From Phyllobates terribilis (Eukaryota): 64,000 nt of DNA. Where the stretch lies: NCBI RefSeq assembly GCF_046119375.1, contig NW_027362761.1:1194802001-1194866000 (forward strand), written 5' to 3'. The notes below the pieces were generated by a model. That model was not told where the DNA came from and searched no databases. It saw only the letters and a list, made by a program, of their open reading frames with translations. The position numbers were made by a program, and so were the translations under genes. Within the stretch, counting starts at the first letter, position 1. Every line of letters begins with the position of its first letter. This document shows positions 62,486 to 64,000 of the stretch, piece by piece.

Positions 62486-63447
62486 TGTCACGCTGTCTCA
62501 GCGCACGGGGGGACAGGGGCCTGAGCTGACCCTAGACGTGGGCCCTGACTAATCCCTCAACCTGGAGGTACTGTTAATGGTACAGAGGTCCAGGCCGCCA
62601 GCGTAACCCTAAACTCCTGAATATCCCTGAACTTAAGTAATCTAGTCCTGAGAAGGACCCCGATCACAACAATGGGGAACAGGATAGAAAATGCCCAAAA
62701 CACAGTACTAGACAAACGAGACAGTACAAGGGGAAAACCAAAAACCACCTTGCATACAAAAACTAACACCACAATTACAGAGGGAACAACAACAGGTTAG
62801 GAAATAAATGATAAAGGGAGGAAGGGAACAAACCACACCGCATACTCCTCGCTCCGAACTCCACCAAACAACGATCCACTCTGAAGGTCTGCAAGAAATG
62901 CTTTCACCGACAACTTCCCTATCAGACCAGCAGGTATTTGAAGGAATCCCTATACTGCAGCATTAACTGCAGCTGGGCGAGGCTGAGCCTCGTCAAGCAC
63001 AGAGAGAGAGAATTAACTCCCTCACAACCAAAAAACACATAGCACCAAAAACTCAGCTGCGAGAAGTCAGGCTGTGTAGTCACGACGATCTTCGTGGCGA
63101 CACACCCATGACAGTACCCCCCCTTCTACGAGGGGCCTCCAGACCCTCAGGGCCAGGTTTATCCCGGTGAGTCGTGTGGAAGGCCCGAAATAACCGGTCT
63201 GCGTTAATATCTGACGCAGGAACCCACATTCTCTCCTCAAGACCATACCCTTTCCAATGAACCAGGTACTGAAGGGACCAGCGACTAAAACGTGAATCGA
63301 TGACTTTCGATACCTGAAACTCCAAATTTCCATTGACCACCACTGGAGGAGGAGGTAAAGGTGACGGTATCATTGGCGCCACATACCTCTTAAGCAAAGA
63401 TCTGTGGAACACGTTATGAATTTTAAATGTAGGGGGGAGGTCAAGAC
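62486..63447 (-). mobile_element. Second chromovirus: 3' LTR (62486-63113), PPT and integrase chromodomain
   Basis: ORF 63080..63412 FHRSLLK..EFQVSKVIDSR..LQYLVHWKGYGLEERMWVP. PPT AGAAGGGGGGGTAC then TGTCATGGG. LTR ends ...GCGTGACA inside the hAT transposase. Confidence 0.88.
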
Positions 63448-64000
63448 TAGTGTTGAGCCACCCCCGTAGTGTTCGAGTTCGGTTCGTCGAACACCCGTGT
63501 GTTCACCGAACTGTTCGTCGAACTGTTCGTCGAACACCTTCAAACACCGTTAAAACCAATGGCAGGCAAACAAAAACACATAGAAACACATAGAAAACAC
63601 CTTCAAAGGTGTCCAAAAGCTGACAAACTGCTCTGAAGACACAACTAACACATGGAAAAGTGACAAGTACATATAGTCATGCGAAAAGAAAAGAGGTGGA
63701 GGAGTAAAAGGGGGGGAGACACAGATATAGGCATGTCATGCCCTTCTAAAATCCAAAAAGTGAGAAGCCGACATGTTCAGTCCTCTCCTGCCCGTGCCAC
63801 CTCCGTGTCGCCGGGTTTGTGCCAGACCCGCGGTGAACCCTGGCGGCCAGCCCCCCTCTCCCAATACTGGTGCCTGTCCGCTGGTGGGTCGAGCGAGCCC
63901 CCCTGTGGTGGAGGCAGCTCTAAGCTTTTTAATTTAAATTGTCTCTCTAATTTGAATGAATACACTTTAAATCCATTTACAAGGATCTATTGGAGGGCAA
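63448..64000 (-). mobile_element. Non-autonomous hAT, copy 4 (right end only; interior differs from copies 1-3)
   Basis: TAGTGTTGAGCCACCCCCGTAGTGTTCG... matches the R end for ~190 bp, then diverges after CTGCTCTGAAGAC. Candidate TSD GTCAAGAC at 63440-47 is unverified. Confidence 0.8.

Larger units (their letters stand above)
59895..64000 (-). mobile_element. Second large hAT (related subfamily), inverted, incomplete in this window
   Basis: Begins TAGTGATGAGCAAGCACTAAAATGCTCGGG, the reverse complement of the right end 52470-52506. Second terminus and TSD are outside the window. Confidence 0.85.

Overview
Eukaryotic, transposon-saturated DNA; the element repertoire (TTAA Kolobok/T2- and piggyBac-type MITEs, CR1 with an SGNH ORF1, chromoviruses, several Tc1/mariner lineages) looks amphibian, which is an inference. 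No host gene can be identified, only four weak candidate exons. Main contents: (1) three complete copies and one partial copy of a non-autonomous hAT family (3387-9109, 19389-24896, 25584-32518, 63448-end). The three complete copies carry a 5-6.5 kb palindrome built of smaller palindromes. (2) A decayed chromovirus (18569-~34420, minus) hit by two of those copies. (3) A six-level nest with nearly all junctions readable: Kolobok MITE > solo LTR > full-length CR1 > 11.4 kb hAT with BED/DDE transposase pseudogene > piggyBac-type element > DD38E Tc1 (40187-56744). (4) A second nest running off the right edge. (5) DD34E, DD38E and DD41D Tc1/mariner copies and solo LTRs. The strongest signal is that each palindromic hAT copy has private substitutions mirrored on both arms 4-5 kb apart, and its tandem-unit counts match between arms (3/3, 2/2, 5/6), which points to arm-to-arm homogenisation. 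All alignments were done by eye; approximate boundaries may be off by tens of bases.
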